This document shows positions 45,742 through 57,201 of a stretch of DNA of 64,000 bases, piece by piece. The position numbers and the translations under genes are program-made. Position 1 is the first letter of the stretch, and each line of letters opens with the position of its first letter. The stretch spans positions 490,905-554,904 of the forward strand of contig CAWAMP010000011.1 in assembly GCA_963783255.1 (NCBI GenBank). Direction: 5' to 3'. The notes under the pieces were generated by a model. It worked only from the letters and a program-made list of their open reading frames with translations. It was not told where the DNA came from and ran no database searches. This DNA comes from an uncultured Acidobacteriota bacterium (lineage in GTDB: Bacteria; Acidobacteriota; Vicinamibacteria; Vicinamibacterales; Fen-181).

Positions 45742-48293
45742 CGGGGCGCGCCTGTGGCGGCGGGCAGCAGCACGAGCCGATGCGCGGCGTGCGATTCGAC
45801 CGCCGTGCGCGAGAACGGCAGCGGGTGGTAGCGTCCCTCGGCCCAGAGCGGCAGGAGATCGGCGTAGTGCGGGCTGCCCGGCTGACCCGACGCGCCCGGG
45901 ACGTTGATGGTGGTCGAGCGATCCCAGTCCGACACGTCGAGAACCAGGCGGAACGAGGCACCCGCCGTCTGGCGCGAGCCCGAGCCCGTCGCGTTCGGCG
46001 TGGTGGCGTCGCCGCCGCGCGGGACCTCCTGCGTGTTCAGCAACGCCCGCAGTGCGGGCGATCCGGCCAGCGCGTGCTCGAACGCCGCGCGGTGCACTCG
46101 ACCCCACGACCAGCCGGCGGGATCGGGGCCGAGCCTGCCCGACATCACCCGCCACGCCTCGCCGAGGGCCGGCCCCGTCAGTGCGGTACGAACGGCCGAT
46201 CGCTCGTCGGCGGAGGCGTCGATCGGCACCTCGCAGCCCCGACAGCGCGGAGAGCCATCCACCCACGGATCGGGCGCGGCGGCGGATTCCCCAAGTCCCG
46301 CTCGCGTCAGGAGCCGCAGCAGCGCCCCGTCGCCCACCGTTGACGAACCCTGGCGATTTGCGGAGGTGCGATCGGCCTGCAGGACCGGCGCCACGGCGGC
46401 CTTCAGCCTCGGCAGCCAGGCCTGGTAGAGGGCCGCAGCCGCCGAGTCCCTCGACAGCGTGCCATCCCACGCGGCCAGCATGGCAGCGGCCGCGCGGCGG
46501 TCGCCTTCGTCCGGCGCCGTGTTCGGCGTCCGGGCTGCGCTCTGGGCCGACGCGCTTCGCAGCGCGGCGACGACGGCCGCGGCCACGACGGAGCGCTCGT
46601 CGTGCTGCAGCCGCTCGAAATCGGAGACCGTGAACCGGCGTCCGGCCGACGCGCCGTCGCCGAGCACGTCGAGGATCCGCCAGAACCGGAACGGCGAGCT
46701 GAACTCGAACCCGAGCGCGCGCGCGTAACCGGCGGGCAGGATGTTGTGGTTTGCCGTGGCGATGAATCCGCTCGCCGGGTTGAACGACTGCGGAAGATCG
46801 GAGAGCGGCACAAAACCGTTCCACTCGTACTTCCCGTCGTGCCCCGGCACGGGAAGCAGTCCGTTCCAGCCGGGTCGGACCGGCGCCAGGCCGGCGGCCA
46901 CCCAGCCGATGTTGCCGTCCACGTCCGCGTACACCAGATTCTCGGAAGGCACTTTCCAGCCGGACACGGCCTCTCGAAAGCCGGCCCAGTCGCGGACGGT
47001 GTCGAGCGCGAGCGATCGCAGGTACCCGGCGCCTCCCGGCTCGGCGCCCACCCAGCGCAGCGCGTACGCCTTCCCTCGCGCCCGATCCACGTGCAGCACC
47101 GGCCCGTGCCTGCTGAACCGAAGCGTCACCTCGCGGGGCGCTTCGCCCCTGACCGCGATCGTCGCGCGTTCGATGCGCATCGGCTCGGTCGCGCCGCGGT
47201 AGAAACAGCGGTCGGGGTCTTCGGGATCCAGCCGCTCGACGCACAGATCCTGCTGATCCATGCCGACGATGGTGAACCCGAACGCGACGCGCTCGTTGTG
47301 GCCGGCTGCGACGCCGGGAAGCGCGGGCTCACCGGCGCCGATCACGTTCCATCCCGGCGCGTTCAGGTGCACGGTATACCGGAGCGACGGCAACATCAGC
47401 GTTCGATGGGGGTCGTTGGCCAGCAGCGGCTTCCCTGTTGCCGAGTGGCGGCCCGAGACCACCCAGTCGTTCGATCCGATCTCCTCGAGGGCGACGTCGG
47501 ACGACGTCGCCCCCTGTCCCTGGCGCGCAGCGTCCGGAAACGTCACCGTCTCGCTCACGCCGCCCGTGAGCGCCAGCACCTCGTCGGTGATGTCGGCCAG
47601 GTCGAGGCCGTCCGGCACGGACACCGTGGCCGGGGGATCGAGGGCGGCGGTTTCGCGAAGCAGGTCGAGGCCTCGCGTTGCGGCCAGCTGCGCACGTTGG
47701 ACCTCGGTGCGGGCGTTGCGCGTCATCACGTAGCCCGCCATGCGGCCGATCACCACCTCGGGCGTCCAGGGCTGCGGGCGGCTTCCGGTCAGCTGGAACT
47801 CGAGCGGCAGTCGTTCGGGCGACGCCGTGGCGAGGGCGATCTGTGCGTTCACGCCGGCCACGAACGCCTCGACGATGGCCCTGGCATCCGGCCGATACGC
47901 GCGCCACTCCACCTCGGGATCGCCGCGGTAGCGGAGCAGTCTGGCGAGAATGTCGCGGTTGACCGCGGTCGGCCCGACCAGGTCGGCCAGCGTCCCCTGC
48001 GACATCCGCCGCCAGAGCTCGAGCTGCCACAGCCGGTCCTGCGCCGCGACGAAACCCTGCGCGAAGAAGAGGTCGCCGACGGTCCGCGCGTAGATGTGCG
48101 GGACGCCCCAGCGGTCTCGAATCACTTCGACAGGCTGCTCGAGGCCGGGCAGCCTGATTTCTCCGGCGGTCTGCGACAGGGCGGCCTCGGCCCGCGCGCG
48201 AAGGCGGCCCAGCTCGTCGGGCGGCGCGGGCGCCTGCGCGACAGACAGCGCGCCCAGGATGAGGACGATACAGACGCCGGCCAGGCGGTTCAC
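45738..48293 (-). CDS. Penicillin acylase family protein (peptidase S45, Ntn hydrolase)
   Basis: RDRWGVPHIYA, AQDRLWQ, GSNDW (N-terminal Ser nucleophile), LLANDPH and GASGQPGSPHYAD. Confidence 0.92.
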   Translation of the reverse strand: MNRLAGVCIVLILGALSVAQAPAPPDELGRLRARAEAALSQTAGEIRLPGLEQPVEVIRDRWGVPHIYARTVGDLFFAQGFVAAQDRLWQLELWRRMSQGTLADLVGPTAVNRDILARLLRYRGDPEVEWRAYRPDARAIVEAFVAGVNAQIALATASPERLPLEFQLTGSRPQPWTPEVVIGRMAGYVMTRNARTEVQRAQLAATRGLDLLRETAALDPPATVSVPDGLDLADITDEVLALTGGVSETVTFPDAARQGQGATSSDVALEEIGSNDWVVSGRHSATGKPLLANDPHRTLMLPSLRYTVHLNAPGWNVIGAGEPALPGVAAGHNERVAFGFTIVGMDQQDLCVERLDPEDPDRCFYRGATEPMRIERATIAVRGEAPREVTLRFSRHGPVLHVDRARGKAYALRWVGAEPGGAGYLRSLALDTVRDWAGFREAVSGWKVPSENLVYADVDGNIGWVAAGLAPVRPGWNGLLPVPGHDGKYEWNGFVPLSDLPQSFNPASGFIATANHNILPAGYARALGFEFSSPFRFWRILDVLGDGASAGRRFTVSDFERLQHDERSVVAAAVVAALRSASAQSAARTPNTAPDEGDRRAAAAMLAAWDGTLSRDSAAAALYQAWLPRLKAAVAPVLQADRTSANRQGSSTVGDGALLRLLTRAGLGESAAAPDPWVDGSPRCRGCEVPIDASADERSAVRTALTGPALGEAWRVMSGRLGPDPAGWSWGRVHRAAFEHALAGSPALRALLNTQEVPRGGDATTPNATGSGSRQTAGASFRLVLDVSDWDRSTTINVPGASGQPGSPHYADLLPLWAEGRYHPLPFSRTAVESHAAHRLVLLPAATGAPR

Positions 48294-48294
48294 G

Positions 48295-48708
48295 TCACCC
48301 CTCGATGGTGAAACCGACGATGAGCTCGGTGTCCTGGCGGAAGGTGTTCCAGACCGAGCAGTATTTCTCCCGCGACAGATCGATCGCGCGCTCGACGTGC
48401 TCGGGCAGCACCTGTCCCGACAGCGTGAAGTCCAGGTGGATGCGCGTGAATCGCCGCGGGTGCTCCTCCGCCCGGTAGCCGGTCAGCTTCGTCGTCAGCG
48501 CCGTAATCGGGTGGCGGCCCCTGGTCAGGATGTGGACGAGGTCGATCGCGATGCAGCCCGCGAGCGACAGCGCGAGCAGGTGAACGGGCGTCGGCGCGGC
48601 CGCAGCCGATCCGTCCATGCTCACCTCGTGTTTGCCGACGACGCCGGTGAACTGCTGCTCGCCGTCCCATTCGAGCGTGGCCTCGAGCGGCGGACGTGCT
48701 TCTGTCAT
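48295..48708 (-). CDS. OsmC/YhfA family protein
   Basis: PTPVHLLALSLAGC..ID and SREKYCSV. Confidence 0.88.
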   Translation of the reverse strand: MTEARPPLEATLEWDGEQQFTGVVGKHEVSMDGSAAAAPTPVHLLALSLAGCIAIDLVHILTRGRHPITALTTKLTGYRAEEHPRRFTRIHLDFTLSGQVLPEHVERAIDLSREKYCSVWNTFRQDTELIVGFTIEG

Positions 48709-48773
48709 CGAATTATCCCCCCTCACCCCGCACCGGGCGGGAGACAGTATACGCTGCGCAGCGTGACAGGCTG

Positions 48774-48843
48774 CGAACTCATCACTCACAACTCAGCACT
48801 CACGACTTCGCTGCCGAGAGCCGAGAGCCGAGGGCCGACAGCC
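48774..48843 (+). repeat. 7-nt periodic tandem repeats
   Basis: ATCACTC ACAACTC AGCACTC ACGACTT ... GAGAGCC GAGAGCC GAGGGCC GACAGCC. Confidence 0.6.
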
Positions 48844-48881
48844 AGGTTGCGCGCGCAGCCCCGTGTTGCTACTCTCACATC

Positions 48882-49769
48882 ATGGTTCCGTCGAAACAAC
48901 TGGCCGTGTCCCTGGCCGCGCTGGCCGTCGTGCCGCTCCTCGCGCAGGAGCCGCAGACCCCGACGTTCCGCGCGGGGACCAAGGTCGTGTCGCTCTACGC
49001 CACGGTGACAGAAGGCAGGCGGCTCGTGCCCGGGCTCACCCGCGAGGACTTCGAGATCCTCGACAACGGGAAGCCCCAGCCGCTGACCGTGTTCAGCGCC
49101 GACGTCCTGCCCATCACCGTGATCGTGATGCTGGACACGAGCGGGAGCATGACGAGCAACATCGAGGTCCTGAAGGCCGGCGCCGAGCAGTTCTTCATTC
49201 GGCTGTTCAAGGGCGACCGCGCGCGGCTGGGCGTGTTCAACGACAAGATCCAGATCGTGTCGCCGCTCTCCGGCGACCGCGACACGCTCATCGCGTCGCT
49301 TGCGGACGTCGACTTCGGCAACGGGACGCGTCTCCACGACGCGCTCGCGGTCGGACTGAACGAACTGGTCGGCATCGAGGGGCGCAAGGTCGTCCTCGTG
49401 TTCACCGACGGCGACGACACGGCGAGCCGGACGCGTTTCACGACGGTGCTGGATCGCGCACAGGTCGAAGAAGTGATGGTGTACGCGATCGGCCTCGCGG
49501 GCGAGACGCTGTCCTACGGGCGAAGGACGCGCACGCGGCCGGACCCGAGTCTCAAGAAGCTGGCCGGGGAGACCGGCGGCGGGTACTTCGAGCTCCCGGG
49601 GACCGACCAGCTGACCTCGACGTTCACCCGCGTGGCGCTGGAGCTGCACAGCCAGTACGTGCTGGGCTTCCAGCAGGTGGCACGCGACGGGAAGGTCCAC
49701 ACGCTCGAGGTGCGCGTCAAGAAGCCCGGCATGACGGCGCGGGCAAGGAAGAGCTACGTGGCGTCGTAG
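48882..49769 (+). CDS. Acidobacterial VWFA-related domain protein with intact MIDAS
   Basis: Signal peptide, DTSGSM MIDAS, GTRLHDA, FTDGDD, LAGETGG and QYVLGF. Confidence 0.9.
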   Translation: MVPSKQLAVSLAALAVVPLLAQEPQTPTFRAGTKVVSLYATVTEGRRLVPGLTREDFEILDNGKPQPLTVFSADVLPITVIVMLDTSGSMTSNIEVLKAGAEQFFIRLFKGDRARLGVFNDKIQIVSPLSGDRDTLIASLADVDFGNGTRLHDALAVGLNELVGIEGRKVVLVFTDGDDTASRTRFTTVLDRAQVEEVMVYAIGLAGETLSYGRRTRTRPDPSLKKLAGETGGGYFELPGTDQLTSTFTRVALELHSQYVLGFQQVARDGKVHTLEVRVKKPGMTARARKSYVAS

Positions 49770-49772
49770 CGG

Positions 49773-50201
49773 CTACTTGAACAAATCGTCGAACGCGCGC
49801 CGGGCCGAACTGGTCGGCGCCGAGTGGGTGGCGCGCTCGATGGTCTTGCGCGGCTCCCACAGCGTGCAGCTGTTCTTGGTGTCCTTGGCGGCGATCCGCT
49901 CGGGCACCGGCTGCATGCACTGGAACCTCGCACCGGGGTCGAAGTAGTTGCACTGGCCGCAGGTGTGGGTGTCGACGCCGCACTTCGAGCAGCGATTGTC
50001 GTATCCGTAGGGCGTCGCCACCTCCGTGCCGCACTTGGCGCAGCGGATGACCTCGCGGGTCGGCATGAGGTTGGGCGTGCGGGGCCCTTCCGGGCGGTCG
50101 CCGCGCGGCACAGGGCCGCCAGGGCCCGCCGGTTTCTGCGCGGGCTTCCGGTCCCGGTCGCTCTCCTGGTAGCCGCGCTGGCGGTACTTGCGCTCTGACA
50201 T
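49773..50201 (-). CDS. Cys-rich (zinc-ribbon-like) hypothetical protein
   Basis: MSERKYRQRGYQ..., CAKC, CSKC, CGQC plus two more Cys, ending AFDDLFK. Confidence 0.8.
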   Translation of the reverse strand: MSERKYRQRGYQESDRDRKPAQKPAGPGGPVPRGDRPEGPRTPNLMPTREVIRCAKCGTEVATPYGYDNRCSKCGVDTHTCGQCNYFDPGARFQCMQPVPERIAAKDTKNSCTLWEPRKTIERATHSAPTSSARRAFDDLFK

Positions 50202-50215
50202 AGGCGAGGACTGTA

Positions 50216-52042
50216 TCACACGGTCGCCGAAGGGTCGCGAGGCTTTGGCGCCGGTTCCACCAGGTCCATCCACGAGAACCAGAGCGGGTGGCGCGTCTTG
50301 TACCATCGCAGGACCTCGAGGAGCTTCCTCTGCCGCTCGAGGGAGATCACCTCGGGTGGAATCAGGTCGAAGTGGAGCCTGATCTTCCGGGCGTCCACGA
50401 ACTCGAGCGCCTCCGCACAGAGCGTCTGCAGCTCGTTTCTGATACGGCCCGAGTCGGAGATCTTGACCGGCCGCGTCTCGAACGGCTCGCCGGCGAGGAA
50501 GCGATTCAGCAGCGGGCTGAACACGAGCCGGCTCTGCTCGAGCGTCTCGCCGAGGCGCAGCGTCAGCGTGATCCGCTTGTCGCCGCGGGCCGACGCCAGC
50601 CTGACCGTGGCGCGATAGATCCCGGGCGAGACCTCTTCGACGCCTGGCGCGCCCGAGTACGGGTCGGGCGCCATGAAGCCGGAAACGGCGAGCACCTCCC
50701 ACCGCTTCTCGGGGAAGAAATCGTCGGCGGTGAGAGTGAGACGTCCCGGCAGCAGGCCGGCCGACGCCGCCTCGCGAATCATGCGAGCGTAGTCGTTCGC
50801 GGTCTCCGCATCGCATGCCGTTCCGGTCAGCGCGCGAAGCCTGTCGCAGAAGTCGGGCGCGTCAGGGTCGAGGCGCAGCACGTCCTGCTCCCTCTCGTAG
50901 GGCAGGTCGAACCTCGAGGTGAACGGCACCATCGAGACGTCGATGCCGAGCATCGGGCCGAGCGTCGCCGACTGCGCGGCCTCGGCCGATGCCGCGTAGC
51001 CATCGATCAGGAACAAATGCCGGTCGCCCGCATCGTCCTTCCACGTGCCGACCTGGAATGTCGGCGCGTACGTACCCGACTCGGTGAAGGCCGGCATGCC
51101 GCTCGGCAGCATCCAGCCGTCTTCGATCACGTGGGCGCCCTGCTCCTGCCAGGCCTTCCACAGCGAGGCGATGCGTGGAACCCGGGCCTTGCCGCCGAGC
51201 GTCCAGACGTGGATGTGATCGCGGCGGATCCCGGGATACGCGCGGTCGATCGCCTCGGCGATCCGCGCGCGCGGCGTGCGGAAGTTGACGAGCACGGCCT
51301 GCTCGGCCGCCTTCTCCGCGACCGCCTTCGGCATCGCGACCATGCCGACGTAGCCCTCGTAGGGACGCGCGACGTGCAGCGGCTGGTTGAACAGGTGCAG
51401 GACGGTCATCGGGCCGCTCGGGCAGCCCTTGGCGAACCGTGAGGTGTTCTCGAGCGTGTCGATCGCCGCACCCCAGACCGTGATGCCCGACGACTTGATC
51501 TCGCCGTAGAAGCCGTCCCAGCCGTAGGCCGGGTCGTTCAGCAGCCGGACAACGCGCTTGTCGAGCCAGCGGGCGACCCCCGGCCTCGCGTACACGCGGC
51601 CGAAACCGATCTGGGGGTTCGAGCCCATCTCGGGCGTTTCGCCGGCTTTCGGCATCAACCCTTCACCGAGGCACACCATGATCGCGTGGTTCTCGGGGAG
51701 TTGCCGCGAGAGGTACCACAGGCTCTCGCTCATCGCGTAGGCGGAGATGGCGTCCGCGTCCTTCTTCACCTGGTTGAGGGCCGCCTTGTCCAGGTGGGCG
51801 CCGGCGCCCGGCCTGCCGAACACCTGCGTGCCGAGCGCCGTGACGGCGCCCATCATGGCGAACAGGCGCTCCATGCGGCCGTCGAGGAAGGCCAAATCGC
51901 GCGTGAACTCCTCCACCGGCTCGCCCCTGACCCACTCGACCTCCACGTCGTCGAGCCAGAGATGGAAGCGGCCGAGGATCGGGCGGGTGTCGAACGACCA
52001 CTGCGCGATGATGTCCTGCTTGTCCTGCAGTTTCTGGTTCAT
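50216..52042 (-). CDS. Hypothetical protein with divergent GlpX (class II FBPase/FIG)-like core
   Basis: KKDADAISAYAM, VCLGEG and AIDTLENTSRFAKG resemble the GlpX motifs DKNAAD.AA..AM, VIGEG and AVDPLEGT. Confidence 0.6.
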   Translation of the reverse strand: MNQKLQDKQDIIAQWSFDTRPILGRFHLWLDDVEVEWVRGEPVEEFTRDLAFLDGRMERLFAMMGAVTALGTQVFGRPGAGAHLDKAALNQVKKDADAISAYAMSESLWYLSRQLPENHAIMVCLGEGLMPKAGETPEMGSNPQIGFGRVYARPGVARWLDKRVVRLLNDPAYGWDGFYGEIKSSGITVWGAAIDTLENTSRFAKGCPSGPMTVLHLFNQPLHVARPYEGYVGMVAMPKAVAEKAAEQAVLVNFRTPRARIAEAIDRAYPGIRRDHIHVWTLGGKARVPRIASLWKAWQEQGAHVIEDGWMLPSGMPAFTESGTYAPTFQVGTWKDDAGDRHLFLIDGYAASAEAAQSATLGPMLGIDVSMVPFTSRFDLPYEREQDVLRLDPDAPDFCDRLRALTGTACDAETANDYARMIREAASAGLLPGRLTLTADDFFPEKRWEVLAVSGFMAPDPYSGAPGVEEVSPGIYRATVRLASARGDKRITLTLRLGETLEQSRLVFSPLLNRFLAGEPFETRPVKISDSGRIRNELQTLCAEALEFVDARKIRLHFDLIPPEVISLERQRKLLEVLRWYKTRHPLWFSWMDLVEPAPKPRDPSATV

Positions 52043-52126
52043 GACGGCTCTCGGCTCTCGGCTTCCGGCGGGCGGCGGTGTCGCCCGGCCATCGCGGGGC
52101 ATGCCCGTCGATCCGCTGCCGGCTGC

Positions 52127-52175
52127 CAGCCCTTCGACGATGCGCAGGGCTGTCCCGAGCAACGTCGAGGGACAG
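52127..52175. repeat. ~48-bp structured dispersed repeat (copy 2)
   Basis: CAGCCCTTCGACGATGCGCAGGGCTGTCCCGAGCAACGTCGAGGGACAG. Confidence 0.75.
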
Positions 52176-53903
<1,728 letters not shown>

Positions 53904-53918
53904 AGGGGGAGTATATCG

Positions 53919-53976
53919 CAGGGCTCAGGGCCCAAGGCTCAAGGCGTAGGCCGTAGGGCGGGTCTTCAGACCCGCC
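53919..53976 (+). repeat. 7-nt periodic run followed by a GTAG-type REP palindrome
   Basis: AGGGCTC AGGGCCC AAGGCTC AAGGCGT AGGCC, then GTAGGGCGGGTC-TTCA-GACCCGCC. Confidence 0.7.
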
Positions 53977-53980
53977 GGTT

Positions 53981-54868
53981 CTACCTCACCCTCACCCGGA
54001 TCGCTGCCGGGAGGATGCGGGCGTCGACCGTCGTCCCGCCCTCGTGCGGCTCGCCGTCCACGTGGAAGAGGATGGGCGCGTCCGACCGCACGACGACGTG
54101 CCTGGCTGGAAGTCGCGTCACACCAGGCGCCCGGCCGATGCTGCGGTTGAACGCCCTGGCCACGAGGGCGAGCCGGCCAGCCACGCCGCGGTTTCCGACG
54201 AGGACGACGTCGAGCAGCCCATCGTCGGGCCGTGCGCTCGGCGCGATGACGACGCCGGAACCGTACTGCGCGAGGTTGGCAATCGCGATGAGCAGTGCGT
54301 CCGTTTCGACGTGCCGCATGTCGGCGTCGACCGAGTAATGAGCCGCCTGGTACCTGAACAGCGCCCGCGCCACCACGCCCGCGTAGCGAATCGGCCCGCG
54401 GCGTTCGCCTCCGAGGCGGTTGAAGGTGGCGGCCATGTCGGCGTCGAAGCCGATTCCGGCGACGTTGAAGAAGCGGCGGCCTTCAATCTCGCCGGCGTCC
54501 ACCACGCGGTCGCGCCCCGCCAGCGCGACGTCGAGCGCGTGCTCGGGTCGCGCCGGGATTCCGAGTTCCCGCGCCAGGCCGTTTCCCGAACCCGCGCGCA
54601 CGATGCCGAGCGGCGTGCCCGTGCCGACGAGTTCGGACGCGACCTCGTTGATCGTCCCGTCGCCGCCCCAGGCGATCACCAGCGCGCAGCCTTCTGCAAC
54701 CGCCTGCCGAGCGAGTTCCGTCCCGTGGCCGGCCGCCCGCGTCAGGTCAACGCGGCCCGACACCCGATGTCGCGCCAGCGCCTGTTCGGCCAGCTTCAGC
54801 CGCTGTTCGGGTGCGAGCGACGAGCGCCTCCCGCCCGCGACGGGGTTGATGACCACGGCCACCGACAT
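53981..54868 (-). CDS. Diacylglycerol kinase family lipid kinase (YegS/DagK-like)
   Basis: INPVAG, GGDGTINE, GSGNGLAR, GIGFDA, DDGLLD and VDGE. Confidence 0.92.
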   Translation of the reverse strand: MSVAVVINPVAGGRRSSLAPEQRLKLAEQALARHRVSGRVDLTRAAGHGTELARQAVAEGCALVIAWGGDGTINEVASELVGTGTPLGIVRAGSGNGLARELGIPARPEHALDVALAGRDRVVDAGEIEGRRFFNVAGIGFDADMAATFNRLGGERRGPIRYAGVVARALFRYQAAHYSVDADMRHVETDALLIAIANLAQYGSGVVIAPSARPDDGLLDVVLVGNRGVAGRLALVARAFNRSIGRAPGVTRLPARHVVVRSDAPILFHVDGEPHEGGTTVDARILPAAIRVRVR

Positions 54869-54982
54869 GGGGCGAATGTAGCACGGCGACGCGGCCGCAA
54901 GGACGCCGCTGTCGCCGCGGACCAGCCAATGCTAGGATTGTCCGCGCAATCGCCCGGAACGGGTCTTTCCCCAGGAGTTCGA

Positions 54983-56986
54983 ATGAAACCGCCCACTCGA
55001 TTCACGCTCGCCCTTCTGGCGCTCGTGGCGCTGGTATCGGCCGGGCCCGGCGCCCAGAACAGCGCGCCGCAGAAGCCGCCAGACCCCAGGCCGACCGCCC
55101 CTGCGGAGGCCGACGCCACCCGGAAGCCGGCGGAGACGCCACAGGAACTTCCAGCCGAAGCCAGGGCGTTCAACGCGGCGATGGCCGAGAAGAACCCGCT
55201 GAAGCGGGTCGAGCTTCTCGAGAAGTTCATCGCCGACAATCCGAAGGCCACCGCGAGTCTCCTCAACACGGCCAGGAGCCAGGTGTCGTCCAGCCTGCTC
55301 GCCGCGTTGAAGGACGCGCGCACCAAGTACCAGACGGTGATCGACACCGAGTTGGAGGACGCCAAGAGGAACGTCGGCACGAGGCCGATGTACTCGGCCT
55401 ACAACAGCCTCGCCTCCCGGCTGTTCACCGCGGGAGTCTACACGGAAGAGGCGGAGGATCTCGCCCGCAAGGGCCTGGCGGCGATGGACGAGCGCACGTA
55501 CATGGACAGTCGCAAGAAGACGTACGAGCGCTCGATGGAGGCCTACGAGAAGAACCTCGCTGCCTACGAGAAGTCGACGGCGGCTGCAAAGGACGGCAAG
55601 CCGACGGCATCCGCACCCACACCAACTGCGGCGCCGGCCGGAGGACGGGGCGGCGCAGTCGGAGCAGACGCGGACCCGATCTACCGCTTCGCGACCAAGG
55701 ACGGCGTCATGCAGGCCAGCCTCGTGCCGCCCAGGACGGCGCCGGCGACGCCTTCGGCGCCGCGGGCTCCCAGGGCACCGACGAAGCCGACGATGCCGAC
55801 CGACGAGGAGATGCGCAGCGCTCTGAGATCCGAGCGCGCGACCGCGCAGGCCACGCTCGGCCAGATCCTCGTCAAGAGAGGCAAGCCGGACGAGGGCCTC
55901 AAGGTGCTGAGGGAAGCCTTTGCGGCCAGGCCCGCGGCGTCCACGATGGTCGGCATCGCGCGTTCGCTGAACGAAGCCGCCAGGAAGACGGGTAACGACG
56001 GCGACCAACTCGAGTACCTGGCGGTTCTTGCCTTGTCGGGCCGCGCGACAGCCGACGAGTTCAAGGAGCTCGACGCCATCTACCGCAAGGCACATAACGG
56101 GTCGGCCGACGGCATGGAGGCGATGCTCGACGCACGGTGGCGCCGCGACCACGTGCGATTCGGCGTCAAACCCTACACGCGCCCGGCCAGCGCGAAGCCG
56201 ACGGGCCGCACGGTGCTGGCCGAGGTCTTTCCGGGCTCCGGTTGACCGCCGTGCGTGGGGGCGGGTCTCGCCTTCGCTGCAGCGCACGAGCGGTACACCC
56301 GGCAGGACTTCATCTGGCTGAACTACCACGTCCACATTCCGCTACCCGACCCGATGGTCAATCCCTCGACGGTGGCGCGCCGGACCTTCTACGGCGTCAA
56401 CAACTCCCCGAGCTACTTCTTCGACGGTGAGAGCGACGGCGGCGGCGGCGGCAGCGCCGAAGGCGCCAAGGCGCTCTTCGACTCGAAGGTCGACCCGACG
56501 GTCCAGGAGCACCTCGAGACCCCGCCCGAGGCGGTCGTCGCGCTCAAGGCGACGGCCGCCGGCAACACGGTCAGGGCGACGGCCACCGTCACCAAGATCA
56601 CCAGCAAGTCTGCCAAGCTGCGCGTGCAGATCGTGCTCGCCGAGGAGTCGGTGACCTTCAGCGGCGAGAACGGCGAGCGCTTCCACCCGATGGTGGTGCG
56701 CAGCATGGCCGTGGACGCGAAATCGAGCCAGGGCTTCGCGCTCGCGCCCGGCGCGGGCGGCACCTTCGAATACACCTTCGACCTGGCCAAGGCGGTGGCT
56801 GATGCGAAGGAAGGCCTCGTCAACTACGAGACGAAGGAGCGGAAGGGCGAGTACACCTTCCGGGAGAAGAAGCACGAGATCAAGAACGGCCTCGTGGCCG
56901 TGGCGTTCGTCCAGGACGAGGCCACCAAGAGGGTGCTGCAGGCGACGTATGTGAAGATCGTCGACCCGACGAAAGCCGCCAGGTAG
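54983..56986 (+). CDS. Exported selenoprotein: helical/TPR-like region + thioredoxin-fold (UPPC) + beta-sandwich domain
   Basis: ORFs 54044..56245 and 56255..56986 are in the same frame and separated only by TGA 56243-56245 in VLAEVFPGSG-U-PPCV. SD CAGGAG, ATG 54983, signal peptide, SECIS-like hairpin. Confidence 0.85.
56255..56277 (+). promoter_or_regulatory. Candidate bacterial SECIS element
   Basis: GUGGGGGCG-GGUCU-CGCCUUCGC stem-loop. The GGUCU loop starts 18 nt after the UGA and resembles the E. coli fdhF SECIS loop (AGGUCU). Confidence 0.75.
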
Positions 56987-57004
56987 TCCAGCCGAAGACA
57001 GAGA

Positions 57005-57032
57005 GGGCCCGGGAGCTGGCGCTCCCGGGCCC
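57005..57032 (+). terminator. Strong hairpin downstream of the selenoprotein gene
   Basis: Perfect 12-bp stem GGGCCCGGGAGC-TGGC-GCTCCCGGGCCC. No U-tract. Confidence 0.5.
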
Positions 57033-57201
57033 GACATTCACGATCGTCCCCGCCACAGCCTTGCGCCCCGGCCCGAGCTGGACCTGGTACGATGCGGAAG
57101 CGGCAAGCGGAGTCGGGCTCGGGCTCAGAGGACAAACGTCCGGTTTTCTGTCAGAATCCGCCCGAACGCGCGCCCGGGCGCAGACCACGGAGGCGGCCAG
57201 C

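Noticed and set aside
56243-56245. Nonsense mutation/pseudogene reading of the split 54983-56986 gene
   Set aside because: The stop is TGA exactly at a CxxC position and is followed by a SECIS-like hairpin. A second independent UxxC gene is in the window, so recoding is the better explanation.
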